Positions 1 to 12,800 of a DNA stretch of 64,000 nt are shown here, in pieces; the stretch's first letter is position 1; each line of letters starts with the position of its first letter. Position numbers and translations under genes: made by a program. The notes under the pieces are model-generated. The model was not told where the DNA came from and did no database searches. It saw nothing but the letters and a program-made list of their open reading frames with translations. This DNA comes from Craspedostauros australis. Taxonomy: Eukaryota. The stretch spans positions 1 to 64,000 of the forward strand of contig JALAGF010000799.1 in assembly GCA_030167865.1 (NCBI GenBank), in the 5' to 3' direction.

Positions 1-611
1 CTGGCCCTGGGCAGCACCCAACTTCCCTTCCATGTCCATGGCATCTTCTCCTTTCTGGCGGGGTTGTCCAGATCCAGCACCTTGATCCATTTGGGGTTGC
101 TGGTCTGTTATGACGCCAACGTCGTTTTGCGCCAGATTCCTTTTTCGATTCTGCAGTGTTTGGAGTGTGGACAATGTCGATGTGGATGCAGGATTGTTGG
201 TTGGAAGGATGACGCGAACAGTGAAGCAAGACAACAGAATATGAGAATAATATGTGAGAATAGAATGCAATGTTGTTCTGTGTGTGAGGAGCGCGATGCA
301 TACCATGGAATACTTGCAGAGCTTCTTCAGCTCATTCGTGCAGTGTATTGCGCATTGCGCATTGTACGTACCTTGGAATCCTTCCACAGATTGAAGAGCA
401 TGTCATTGCCTGCTGCATCCGTCCCCATCTTGCTCACGAAGGGTATGTTGTCATCCGCCTCAAGGACGTCGACGACGCACTTGTAGGATCTGGTCTTGGA
501 CTTGGTGCGATCGCCGAGCGTGTTGAGGCACATCTCGTTGGCCTTGGAGACGAAGCTTTTGGGGGACTTGCTGTCCACATCCTCCAATGAGGCGTAGGGA
601 TCGTTCGCCAT
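1..611 (-). pseudogene. Disabled prolyl oligopeptidase (peptidase S9A) N-terminal region; exon 1 611-372, intron 371-151, exon 2 150-<1 (runs off window)
   Basis: Exon 1 reads MANDPYASLEDVDS...DDNIPFV...LFNLWKDSK and ends at AAG|gtacgt. After the ctgcag acceptor the sequence reads KGIWRKTTLAS*QTSNPKWIKVLDLD..RKEKMPWTWKG. This matches the POP N-terminal pattern (DPY.WLED; NFW.D..NPKGLWRRTT..SY....P.W...LDLD.L...E...WVWKG). There is an in-frame TAA at 110-108 and one extra base in the A-run near 141-145. Confidence 0.75.
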
Positions 612-1364
612 GCTGCTTCTCTTTGCGTTGTGATGCGCTATGATGCGTTGTGATGCGTTGGAATTGTCGCGGTCGCACAAGCAGGCATGAGTGACCGTAA
701 CGGTACAACCCACCAACTGAACACGAGCGGCGATCGGTCAATTGATCGAAGCGATGAGAGATGCCAGTTGGGCGTGGGATGAAGCACTTCAGAAGATGAA
801 CGTGCTTGTGCATGATGCTCTTGATTGAAAANAAGACGATGGCGAGCGAGTATGGTACTCGTGCGGTTGCCAAGGCATGCCGATGGAAATGGAAATGGCA
901 ACGGCAATGATGCGAAGCCACGCGACGCGATGTTTCCCACCAGTCAACACAGGGCCCCTTTCGTCTCTTGTGTTGACTTGTTTCTTGTCTTTGTCCAAGT
1001 CTGTCTCTTTGGATGGCTCGTGCGTTGAGATTCTCAACGAAGCCTTCACGCCAAGGCGCCAGGTTTTACTCAGCAGATTTGACGTCTGTCCGGATACCGC
1101 AATCACAATCGACAATATTGATTTAGTTTCATTGGCGCAAAAAGCTTCAAAGGACGTTCTGGAGGATACCTCCGACGAAACAAACTGTAAAAATTGTGAA
1201 ATCGAATAAAAAACGCTGGAACGGCGACCGTTGAAATGGATCGAAACAGTGCGGGAAGCAAAAAAGTGGGAGAAAAGCAAGAGTTCGCGACAAGGGCAAC
1301 ACCAGAGCAACGGAGGAGGTAACTGTGTGCAGATGACGTTGTTCAGACAGAGTCATGAGGTTGC

Positions 1365-1430
1365 TCAGGGTTAGAGTTAGGGCTGGGGTTCTGGCTTGGG
1401 TTAGAGTTAGGGTTAGGGCTGGGGTTAGGG
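1365..1430 (+). repeat. Interstitial degenerate telomere-like hexamer tract (TTAGGG/TTAGAG/CTGGGG variants, about 11 units)
   Basis: tcaggg ttagag ttaggg ctgggg ttctgg cttggg ttagag ttaggg ttaggg ctgggg ttaggg, all in 6-bp register. Confidence 0.75.
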
Positions 1431-3350
1431 TGCCAGAGGGTCAAGACCTGGATTAGATGTGTGGGTTGGGGTTGCCACTGCCTACAGGACTGTGGCAAGG
1501 GCGCTGTCCATTTCCATCTTGGCACCAGCAATTCACATCGTCCAATTCAGCGCTGCGCAACTTGCATCGTATGCGTCTCGTGCATTGCAGCCCGTGCATC
1601 CCCCTTGCTACCACTCTGACATAACAGACAGGAGGAAGAGGAACAAGGACCGTGCCTACCATCCTGGTTGTCGGCCCATGGCACATCGCCCCGCATCACA
1701 TTACATCACAATACATCACATCACTCTCCATGCAACAACAGTTTTGTGTTCACACCAACGATTCTGTGTGAGCACAAGATAGAGTCACGCTCCGGAAATT
1801 TGAGAATCGCGAACAAGGCCCAAACGATGGAAGAAAAAAGAACGTTTTGGGACGAATGACCACTGCGACTCTATTGAAGCGCCAATGAGCACCGTAGCGT
1901 CTGTGCGTTATTCACCTAATAGGTAGCTTTCCCATGAGTTTTAGCCCTCCATAACTCTTAAAATATAAGGTCTTTGAGGGGTCTAAGGTGTTCAATAGAA
2001 ACTTAACATTGATTTTAAGAGATATACGCAATTTTATACCCGATCCGTGCTGCGATGCCAACTTGGGCGTAACCTTTTCGCTCACCAGGGTCTTACAGAA
2101 GCAATGACTCGGTCGTGCGGAGCATCTACAAACAGGAACCAAAACGGCGCAGCGTTGTTGGCGACGGACGCATTGGAGAAAAGGTATCTCCACAATCAGC
2201 GAACTTTGCTGATGATGTCGTGACATGCGAGGAGGGGCATTCGCTTTGGGTTCTAATGATATTTCTTGTTGTAACCGATGATCCGATGACGTGGTGATAC
2301 TCCATACACGCACCTTCTGTCACAGGAGTCAGTTACCACGACCGATGAGCGCGGTATGTGTCACATGGGACGCGTACACGACATGGATGTTCCAACAGGC
2401 ATCGGAATCCGCGTTGAATCTGGAAAAGGAGAACCTTGCGGTTCTGCGAGAGAGATATTGACGTCACCACGTTAAGATTCTACGGCGCGGTACGACATTC
2501 GTCCCAAATTCCCTCCCAACAGCACTCTTTTGGATCAAACCTCGCTTCGATTCTATTCGACGATCGCTCTTCGCCCGCATCCTGAAGAGAAGTTATGGTC
2601 TTGGTTCCGAAGGTAATCCAAGCATCGGCACCTCGAGCCTTCGCATTTCCGTTTTGTTATCGTGGCCGTTGCTGTGTGCGTGTGCTTTGAGGTGGAATGG
2701 TGGATCGGATGCGTCGCCGTTAAGTGCGCTCGATGCGCTCTCGTGCTCCTGTGTCCGTGGCCGTTGGCGCATGGATGTACGTGACATCTCTCTTTTTCTT
2801 TTGCCCATCACGTACCGAATCTACGGTGTATCTTCGCGTGTGTGTCTGTGTGTATGCGAAGGTGTGTGGAGGCGTGTTTGTGTTTGTGTTCGTGGTTGTG
2901 GCTCTGGTTGCGCCTTGTGCATGTGAAATCGCTGCTGCGCGCTTCCGACATTGGCACCATCAGCCTCGCGAGAGGAGAGCCCAGATGGCATTTCGCCGCT
3001 CCGCACATGTCCTGTCATCGGATGGGATTATTGCTCCTTCTTACTCTCCTCTTGGTTGTCGTTGTTAATCGCTTCTTTCGCTTGGGCACCACCACAACCC
3101 ATTTCGTCATCTCGTTCCACTCGACATCATACTCATACCATCCAGACATACCATCCGCCAACTCATTGCTGGCTCCGAACAACCTCCGATCATCCATACC
3201 ATCATAATCTGACCACGGGCATTTCATATCCAACAGACAGCTTGACGGAATCGAACTACTGCCATCGTCTGCACGCCTGCAGCCGCCTCTGACCCGCACA
3301 ACACCAATACCAGTACCAACACCAGTACCAACACCAATACACACATCACG

Positions 3351-5478
3351 ATGCCTTCCATCACATACAAGGCGTCTTCGGCATCGGCTATGCCTCCAAA
3401 GCCAGCAATGAGCATGGGCATGAACCTGAACACGACCGGCGCTGCAGCTGACAGACGAGATGGACGCAGCAACAGCACGTCTGCTTGGGGTCATGACATC
3501 GCCGCGGATCTGGCTGCCGCGAGTACTCTCACGCAGTTCAAGATCTTGGCGCAAAAGGAAATCACGACAACTTCCAAACCCGCCATGGGAATAACGCGAT
3601 CGACGCAGTCAGCGGAGTCATCTCCACCCGCATCTCCATCTTCCTCAGCAGCCAGCTCCGTCTCGAAGAGCAGCAGCAGCAGCACCAGGGAGGCGGGCAG
3701 CGTTGGTCGCAGAGGCATCAGCATGCTGCCCCCACCATTCGCCGCGACTCCTGGCTCCATCAAGCCCACGACATCGATTCTCAGAGCGGGGGCCGTGCGC
3801 AACATCCCTTCCACAGCCTTGCCACCACCAATCCCTCCGCCTGCAGGCGCCCCGATCTCCAGCTTCATCCAGAAACAGCACAGGATCCATCAGCGAAAGC
3901 AAGGACGACAACGCCTGCGGCAGCTTGCCCCCTCTGCTCTCGGAGTCCCCATCATGAGGCGCGACTTGGGTACAACAGCAGCCGCAACTGCATCCACGAA
4001 GTTCTCCCGTCGAAGCCGCACGGTCAGTCTTGACTTGCCGGTGGGAGATTTCGCCCACGACTTGGCACTCCCACCGATGCCCAAGGTGCTCAACAAGGGA
4101 AGGAAGGTGGGTCCGCTGGCCTCCACTCCGCCCTTGAGACCCATGCCTTCCCTCATCATGCCGCAACCGCTCACGCCGCTCTCCTCCGGGCGGTCTCTGC
4201 CGGTTGGCAAGTACTCCGCCATGTCTCCGCATATGGCGAGCGTGGCGGGCACCATCCCACCGCCCTTCTTGCTGGAGCACCACGACTGGAAGACCCACTC
4301 CAGAAGCGACGGCGAGGCATCTTCCAAGGCCCGCAGCGACGTTAGCGTCTCCAGCAAGAAGAAGGCGAAGCGGAACAAGCAGTCCGGGGCCGCCCACGAC
4401 AACTCATCAGCAACCTCATCTCTCCCTTCCGCCGCTTCCACTGACGCAGGTTCGCACTCCGACCTGACCAGCGATGAAAGCTGCACGGAAGATGAGGCCG
4501 AGTCCATCACCCGTGAGCATGATGGTCGCTACGGATTGGAGCCAGACTCCGAATCCGACGATGAGTCCATCGACAATCGCGCCTCCTCACACCTACACGG
4601 TGCAGGCAAGCACCGCAAGCGAACATCGCATGAGCAGCGCGCCAAGAAGTCCATCCGCCCGCACAAGCGCGCCAGAACGGCCTCGTTCCGCACGACGGAC
4701 GATGCCTCTGCCACCCGTAACACAACAGCACCTCGCCCGGTTGCAGTCCTCAAGAGCCTCCCAACCAAGGTGAAGGCCCCGGCGACTGCAATCAGCAACA
4801 AGATCACGAAGAACAAGAAGCAGGCACAGCCACACAAGCAGCAACAGTTGCCGGTGAAGCAAAGCAAGCCAAGACATTCCTTCGTCGGCACCAGCACCTC
4901 CGCTGAGGCCATCCGCAATGTTCTGCGCAAGGGATTCTCCTGGCGCCAATTCCCGGAGGTAAGTTCGAGGAGGACATTGTGCCCCACCCCTTTCGTGTGG
5001 CGAACCACCTAAGTCGTCCTTCAGTTGCGCATAAAGTGCCGTTATCTATTCCTGCTGCACTCGTTGATACACCTATTGCCCCCTCTATCCCTTCTCACAC
5101 CAATCGTTTATTTTGCTATGTCTCTTTCTCTTTCCTTCAAATGCAACACGGTACTTGCACACCTCGACCACCCACCTTGATTTGTCCGTGCAGCTCGAGC
5201 AGTTCTTGCGAGACAGCCGTGATGAGTACTTCGCACACTCCTCCCTGAACTACACCATGGAGCAGCGTCAATACAACAACAACCTGACTAAGCAGCTCCT
5301 CAAGATCGCCAACGATGCTGGCTACGTCTTCGAGGACTTCACCTTCGCCATGGTTCGCGACCGGATCCGATGCTACTACAAGAGCTACGTGCAGGCCATC
5401 AAGAAGCGCAAGCAGCAAACAAAGTCTGTAGCCTCTGCCATCGCCGGCCGAAGTCGCAGCGTTTCCGAGACGGCCTAG
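3351..5478 (+). CDS. Hypothetical protein (~630 aa), S/P/K-rich disordered N-terminus plus conserved diatom-type C-terminal helical domain; exons 3351-4958 and 5194-5478
   Basis: The long ORF ends at GAG|gtaagt (phase 0). The acceptor gtgcag|CTC joins KGFSWRQFPE to LEQFLRDSRDEYFAHSSLNYTMEQRQYNNNLT...VRDRIRCYYKSYVQAIKKRK. Several basic NLS-like clusters are present. Confidence 0.85.
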
Positions 5479-6862
5479 AGAGGGCGCCCCCAATATCCCC
5501 GATGGACCGATTTGGCGCTTGCCTCGGTTCCTTCATTTTTGACAACGGGGAATAGCTCTCGACGCTCCTGGTGGAGTGTGAAAGGGGACACGGGCGCGAC
5601 GATCCTTCCATCCACTTGTGCACGTATGCACAGACCAGTTGCATCAATGCTCATAGAGCAGGCACTGGATCCATGCCTTTCCTCCAGGTGGTGGTGGACA
5701 TCATTTTTGTACGGTCGCAGGACCTGCCCATCGCGTCCGACGAGGCCTCGCGCCTCAAGTCCGACCAAGATTTTTGCTGATTGCAGAGCATAGTTCGTTC
5801 GAGAGTGATAGTTACGAAGTTTACATGAAATCACCTCTGTCTCTATCTACTCGTATGTATTATGACCGCACAGCTGTACAAGTGCAAGTAGATGCTATCT
5901 GTGGATCGCATCTGGAATACTCTCTAGCCTGGGAACCATTTGCCCCTGCGCTGTGCCGTTCCAGGGGACTGCGTCCACAACCGAGTCCGGTCAACCCTTC
6001 CTACCTTTTTGGGAGCTATGGATAATTGGCTAAATATTCACAAACAAGAAGTTGGTAGATTTCCATGTCGAAAGTAGAGTCTGGATGTATGTCAAACTAG
6101 TCAAAGGTGTCAAGAAGTGTCTGTTCATGTATCAAACTGCCAGAATCGTGCACAAACATACAAGTGTATGTCTGTTTGATGCAGATGAGACTCGACGAGA
6201 GTTGATACTTCCAAATCAAAGATAGACGAAGCCCCATCTCCAAGAGCAATGTTTTGTCGTGTGCTGCTCTATTCTGTCGTCTACTATATGCCGCCGATTT
6301 CGCACTCCGACGGAGGAAAAGAAACACGTTGCTGCACTCTTTGCTGTTTGTGAAGTCCCCGAGGCCCAATTGCACTCATATGGCAAACCAACAGCACCCA
6401 TGTTTCTTCCATTTGCAGCGCAACAACCTCTTCATAGTCTGCCTCCCTTGGCATCCCTTGGCATCTTCCGTTCAGCAACCTGGAAGTCCCATCACTGTTA
6501 GTCGCCTTTGCCCATCAACGAGTGCCGAATCATCGCACCATCGGCTGAATAGACAGAACGGGGCAGGTCAAAGCACTCGCAGAGTACACACTCCATTCCA
6601 CGCCCAAGCTGACCGCAAATCATTCAACTCGCCAGTAAGTCAGAATGCGAGTTGCGCCGCAAGCATGGGACAAGTCTGGACTGCCCAACTCGCAGTGTCA
6701 AGTAAAGTATAATATGGTACAAGTACGCTTCTTATCGTTTTATCATCCACATCACTATCTCGATCGTTGCAGGTCTCCTCCTGACATGCATGCATCGAAA
6801 CTGCAAGGAACAAAAGTGCGGCAACCTAACGCACCGATGACAACCGATCGAGCGACATCAAA

Positions 6863-9800
6863 TTACGACTGCTGACTTGATCGTGCGGCGATGCGTGCGT
6901 CGATCGCGGCGCATCTCTCACAACCAGATCCCACCTGCTCTTGCAAGATCTTTACCTGCTCGAGGGTGTCCATCAGCCTTGTTTTCAGCTTGGAAATTGC
7001 CTCGTCGGGCTTCACTGTCTGCGTATACACCTCGATGAGCTCCATCGATGTGCGATCATCCTTCCTCTGCGAGTCCTCCTCGATGCGGTACAGGTGATGC
7101 AGCAGCTCGACATTGTCGCTCAGCATCGACCCGATGTCTTGGGGAACTGCCTTGGAATCCGCCAGCTTGTAAATGTCCTGAACAACATTGTCAACCTGGG
7201 CGGACCTGCGTGCCCGCGATTCCTCCTCCTTCTCGGTCCTGGCCTGAATCAGCTTGACCTTCTCCTGCGGCACCGGAGGCGCCTCCTGCTCACTCTTCAA
7301 CCGCACGATCTCCTGGTGCAGCGACACAATCTGGTCGTTCTTCTTCTTCCGGATGTTCTTCAGGTCCTCGTTGATCCTCTTCGCCTCCTGCTCTCTGGCC
7401 GCCTGGGTCTTCTCCAGAACCTCCATGATCTGCTTGAGGTACGCGTGGTGGGACTCCTGCGTAGACTTCAGCTCGTTCTTCATCTTCGTCAACTCAGCCT
7501 TGTACCGAGCCTCCATGAGGTCCTTGTCGTGCCGAAGGGACTGCAGCTCCTGCATGGCAGAATCCTGCTGCTCCTTCAGCTCATCCTTGAGACGCGCGAC
7601 CTCTGCATCGCGCTCTGACGTCATTGCCGACAGTTTCTTCTCGATGGAGTTCAGCTTGTTGACTGTTTGGTAGTTCTTGCTTTGGTACGACCGTCGAAGT
7701 TGGTTGTTGTCACTCTTGAACGCGAAGATCTTCTTGGCCAAGCCTTCGTTGATCTTTTGCAACTCTGCAACGCGCGTCCTGGCAGCCAAGGCCCCGGAGT
7801 CGGCACGTTCCACCTGGCTGGACAACGTGCGATTGGTCTTCTCCGCCTTCTCTGCCCTGTGTGTCAGAGCTTCGTTGCTCTGTCGCAATGCAGCCATCTC
7901 AGCTTTCATGGTCGTCATCGCTGCTTCCATATCGTGAAGCGCGGGTCTCTGAGCCGGCCCATCAGATGTGGATTGCGAGGCAACTGACTTCGCTGATGAA
8001 GATGTCTCATCGATTGCCCTCTCGAATTTTCTGCCTTCTGCATCGACGGAGCTCATTTGCGATGCCTCCCTCTGCTTCGTCATCTTCGACACTCGCATAA
8101 TCTCGGCCAATCTGTTCTTCATCGTCCTCATCATGAGCATGTGGCGTGCGAATTTCTGGAGCACTTCGTTTGCGTGCGCACGGCGGCTGTACTCCTTGCG
8201 CACAGGGAGGCCACGAACTGCTGCTTGGATCGTGATCGCAGCCTTCTGACGACGAAGGGACTCAGAGACTCGCGCAGCCATCTTGATCCTTACGATGCAC
8301 TGGATTTGCAGGGCTGCTCTCTCACGACGCATCGTCCCGGTCATCAGCTTGGCTGATCTAGCTCGGGCAAAGGACTGGATCTTCAGAGCGGCGTGATGCT
8401 CTCGCAATCCGCGCAGTGCTTGCTGAGCACCGATGCAACGAGTCCAGCAAGCAATCGATGTTGCTGCCCGGTTCGAGCGCATCGTGGATGCGTCCTTTCT
8501 ACCCAAGTTGCCACGGGAGAGGCTCTGGATCTTGAGTGCTGCCGCTCGTGTGCCACGATACTCCCGCTGAGCCTTCATGCATCGGAACCACGACGCGATC
8601 GAAGTGGAGGATTGGATCATGTCTCTTCGCTGAACTCTTACAACAGCCATCCTGACAAATGCCTGCAGACGCACGGTGTGGACACGAAGTGCGGCGTATC
8701 TGCCCACCGCCAACTTGCGCCTTGCGTGTTTCTGGATAGTTGCAGCGCGTTTCCCGTAGTAGCTCTTCCTCAGCACCTCCAGGCGTTCTTGCGCTCCTGG
8801 TTTGAAGAAGATCTTGGTCTTGCCGCACGCAAATGGAAGGGAACGGCTTCCATTCATGTTGGGGGTGGATAGGTCGGACAGCCACGATGTGAGGACCGCC
8901 TGGACCTTTTCGTTGGTAGTTTCTGCTGCTGCGACCAAGGCACTTAGCTTGGATCCATCGGGAGATCCTGATTCTCCCGCCTCCTGTTGCTCCTCGATGA
9001 GCATGGAGTAACGAGAAAGGATGAAGTCGTATCCCAACGAGGTAGGGAAGCTCTCCTTGGAGATTTGGATCGCGGTGATGAGGCCGGAGCATTGGAGCTG
9101 GTACAGCGTCGTGTTGTGATCGGTCAGCCGGGGCGTCATGGAGTTGTTGGGCTTGATGCATCGGATGTATCGTGTGCGGGAACCGGTCATTGCATCCATC
9201 AGCCCGTGTAGCTGCTGGCGGAACTTCTCGATGACGTAGTTGCGACCGCGTTTCTTCTTGGGGCTTGTCATGATGTCGTCCGCAGCGCCGCTGGATCGTG
9301 TTGTCATCAGCTCTTCGAACTGAGAGCGGATGAAGGCGTTGTCGAACTTTGCGGCACATGAAGCGAGGTCATTGGAGATGGTGTCCATGTTGCGTTCCAA
9401 GAATTCTGTCGCGTCGTACTCCACCGGCGACGCGAAGTGCATCAATCCAAATTCTGTCCTGGTGTGCAGCTTCCTGTCGATCAGACGGTTGGACTCCTTG
9501 AATGCGACCTTGTTCTTCAGCACGTAGTTCTCGGGAGTCCCCTGCGGTCGAAGGCATTCTTCGTTCAGGGAGCCGATGAGGCCATCCCGTCCCTCCAGCA
9601 GATCAAGCACATCTGCATTGTCCACCAGCGCGAAGTCGTACAGATCGATGCCTTCTCTCTCGTATTCCGCCTTGATGAAGTTGAAGTTGTCATGGACGTA
9701 CTTGTTGTGGAGTTTCTCGTTGGCATAGTTGATGCAAAACTGTTCGAACCGGTTCACCTCAAAGTTCTCGAAGCCAAAGATGTCCAGTAGCGAGATGTGA

Positions 9801-12800
9801 CCGATGGACTGGCCAGATTTCAGAGCCGCTGCGCCGAAGGCTGTGAAGTCGTTCATGCTCCGCACGACAGCATCGAAGATCCGTGCGTAGATGTCCTTGG
9901 CAAGGGCGTCACGGGCCTCGTATGCCGCCTGCGGTGGCATGCCGACCCTGACATCGACGCTGTTGCCTGGTGTTCGCAGCAGTCGGGATGTGAGCGACGA
10001 TTCCAGATCTGCTGCTGGCAATCCGGTCATCGCAGATAGCTTGTTCAGCGCTTCCTCGGACGTCACGCTCGTGCCCTGGCCCAGCACTTCATCGAAGGTG
10101 AGGTTCCCAAGCTGCAGCACGATGATCAGAGCGCGCATGAGCTCTTCGAGGTCGGCACCGTAGATCTTGAACAGCTTTAGAGCAGCGCACGTGGAGTGCC
10201 AGTTGTCTTCGTCCGCAAAGCCATCCGACAACGCGGCAGACTGCGAAAGGAACGCGTAGTCACTGGCAGTGGATGTGCCGAATCCGTCGAAGAATTTGTC
10301 CTTGGTGGCTGAGGGCGCCGCGAGGAGCTGGTAGAAGATGTGATATGATCTCTCGTTGTCATCGTGGTGGACAACTCGGCTCTTTTCGAGGAGGTAGGTC
10401 GTCGTTTTGCTCCCGACGAGGTCAGTGTACGGAACTGCCCTGCCAGCGTTGATGGAGGCGTCTTCGGGTTCCAGCAAGAACTGCAGCTGGATGAATCGGC
10501 CAAATCGCGAGCTGTTGTCATTGCGAGTTGTCTTGGCATTGCCGAACGCTTCGAAGATCGGTGAGGACTGGCACACTCTGGACACGATCTCTTGCGCCGT
10601 GACGTGTTCCGCATCGACTCCCTCTGGTCTCGTTTCCTGAACCGTCGCCAGATGCGTGATGACGATCTTGACGGATTCCGTCTTGCCGGCACCAGATTCG
10701 CCTGTGAAGAGAATCGTCTGGTTCTCGCCACCAGTTGCGAGTCCCCTGTAGGCTGACGAGGACACCTCGTAGACATGCGGGTCAAGCGCGGTTCTGTCGC
10801 CCATGGTGACCTTCTCCGAGATGCCCGTGATCGTGCTGCCATCGTCACCGTCTCTGTGCGCCTCCCAGATGTAGTGAGTGGCGTACTCGTCCCTCGTGTC
10901 AGACGAGTACAGCTCGTTGATCCATCTGAATGGATTCATGGCGATCACGATATCGCCAACTCTCGTGTACGGCTTGGATCGGTAGTGCCTGTCTTTCAGA
11001 TTGTACAGGATAGCAGCATCGTGGAGGTGGATGAGATCCGCCATGTCCGACTTGCCTTCGCTGCCGACCAACGAGTTCTGCTGCGGCAGTTCACCGTCGG
11101 TGTAGTCCGCGAAGAGCACCTTGCGCAGGGAGCAGGCACTGCGGATGCCATTCTGCTTCATCAGATCGGCGATCTCATCGTCGGATCTATTTTTCAGAGA
11201 TGGATGCCGTTGCAGGGAGTTCTTGAACAGGGCCTCGGAATTGACGGTCGTGTCTTCCCAGTCGTCACTCTCGATGATGTTCACGATCACCCCATCATCC
11301 TCGTGCTTGGTGATCTTGGCAGGAAGCCATGCGAAAGCTCTGTCCTTGACGTAGACGCCCTTGACGGACTTCTTGGGGTCGAAGGGGAGAGCATCAAATC
11401 CGCTCAACTGCGCGTGTGTCCACGCCGATGATTTCTTCTGCCTCGAGAAGTGCGCGTACTGTGCATCTGACAACCTCGATTGCTTCGCGATCTTCTTGCG
11501 ATGGGATTTCCTTGGTGTCACGTCCGGGCTGACGATCGCTGCGGGCTTGTCCATCGACACCGCAGGCTTGGATTGGGTCATGATTGCCTCGAGCGCGCCA
11601 GGTGCGTTATCCTTGGTGTTGACATCATCGCCGGCGATGTCCTTCTTCTCCTCGCTCACAGCTTCCTCGAGTTCTTTGGCGATGCTGCGCGGTTCATGGC
11701 GAGATGAGGTGCCCTCTTTGGACGCTGCGGTCATCGTGATGTCTGACATATCTCCGGAGATCTGGTTGCTGCTGTTACCTCCTCCCCCTTGGATTTCCAG
11801 GTGGGACAATCGAAAGGACTGCTCTTTGCGTGAGGGGCTTCCGATGCTGTCAAGTTCCTTGTCGATCGGCGAGTCATTGCTTTGGCTCACCACCACCTCT
11901 TCCAGGGGCCTGTTGGCTTGCTTCACTAATTCTGGTGTGACCGCCTCGTCGGCTGTAGCAATGCCGTCAACTGGCTGGTCGTCCATCTCCGCATCTGCCA
12001 TATCGGCGTGCACCTCTTCGGCCGAGTCCACCTGAAGGATCGCCAGATCGACATCATCTTCCAAGTCGAGAGGACGGGCATTGCGTTGCTTCTCCTTCAG
12101 TGCGCGTCCGTACTTGGTATCATCCTCCTCGAGTCGACGAACGGCCACGATGCGCAGGAGCGATGTGAATTCCACAGGGAATTCGTCCTCGTCAGTTTCG
12201 ATGATGTACAGGTCGTTGGCCTTTGCCGTCAGGGTGTGATCCATGATGGCATCATGCACCGATGGAAAGAACCAGGCGCGATCGTCCATGTAGCACTTCA
12301 GCTCGGCAACGTTGGATGCTGCTTCGTGCAGCACATCCGCGACTGTTGGAGACAGCTCGATGCCCAATTCCGATTTCAATTCGTCCAGGATCGATTGCAT
12401 CTGGTCACGGATGCGCTGGAGCCGTTCCTCGCGTTGTTCCGGTGTCATGGGGATGCGCTTCAAATCGTCCTCGTTTGGCTCATCTCCGCCGACGTTGGTT
12501 GCTTCTGAGGATGGTGATAAGACATCGACGTCCTTGTCAGTCTCGCTTGCAGTGGGTTCAACACCGTCACGCTGTTCGTCATCACCAGCTTCGACAGCGT
12601 CAGCATCATCATGAACTGGAAGCGGAACAACATCAACGACCACAAAGTCCTCCAAGGCCGACGGCGTGAGATCGATCGGCATGGACATGGTCTCGCGATG
12701 TTCCACGTTGACGGCATCCGTCTTATGCAGCCTAGCAGCGACCATGACCAACGTCGTGATGAGTTCGGCCGGGATCATCTTCTCGTCTTGCAGATGCGCG

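Noticed and set aside
877-1209. 110-aa plus-strand ORF and overlapping minus-strand ORF upstream of the telomere-like tract
   Set aside because: No recognisable motif, and it begins in low-complexity repeats. I cannot support it as a gene or retroelement fragment.
5475-6860. Short ORFs between the convergent 3' ends of the hypothetical gene and the myosin
   Set aside because: No motifs; consistent with 3' UTR or intergenic sequence.
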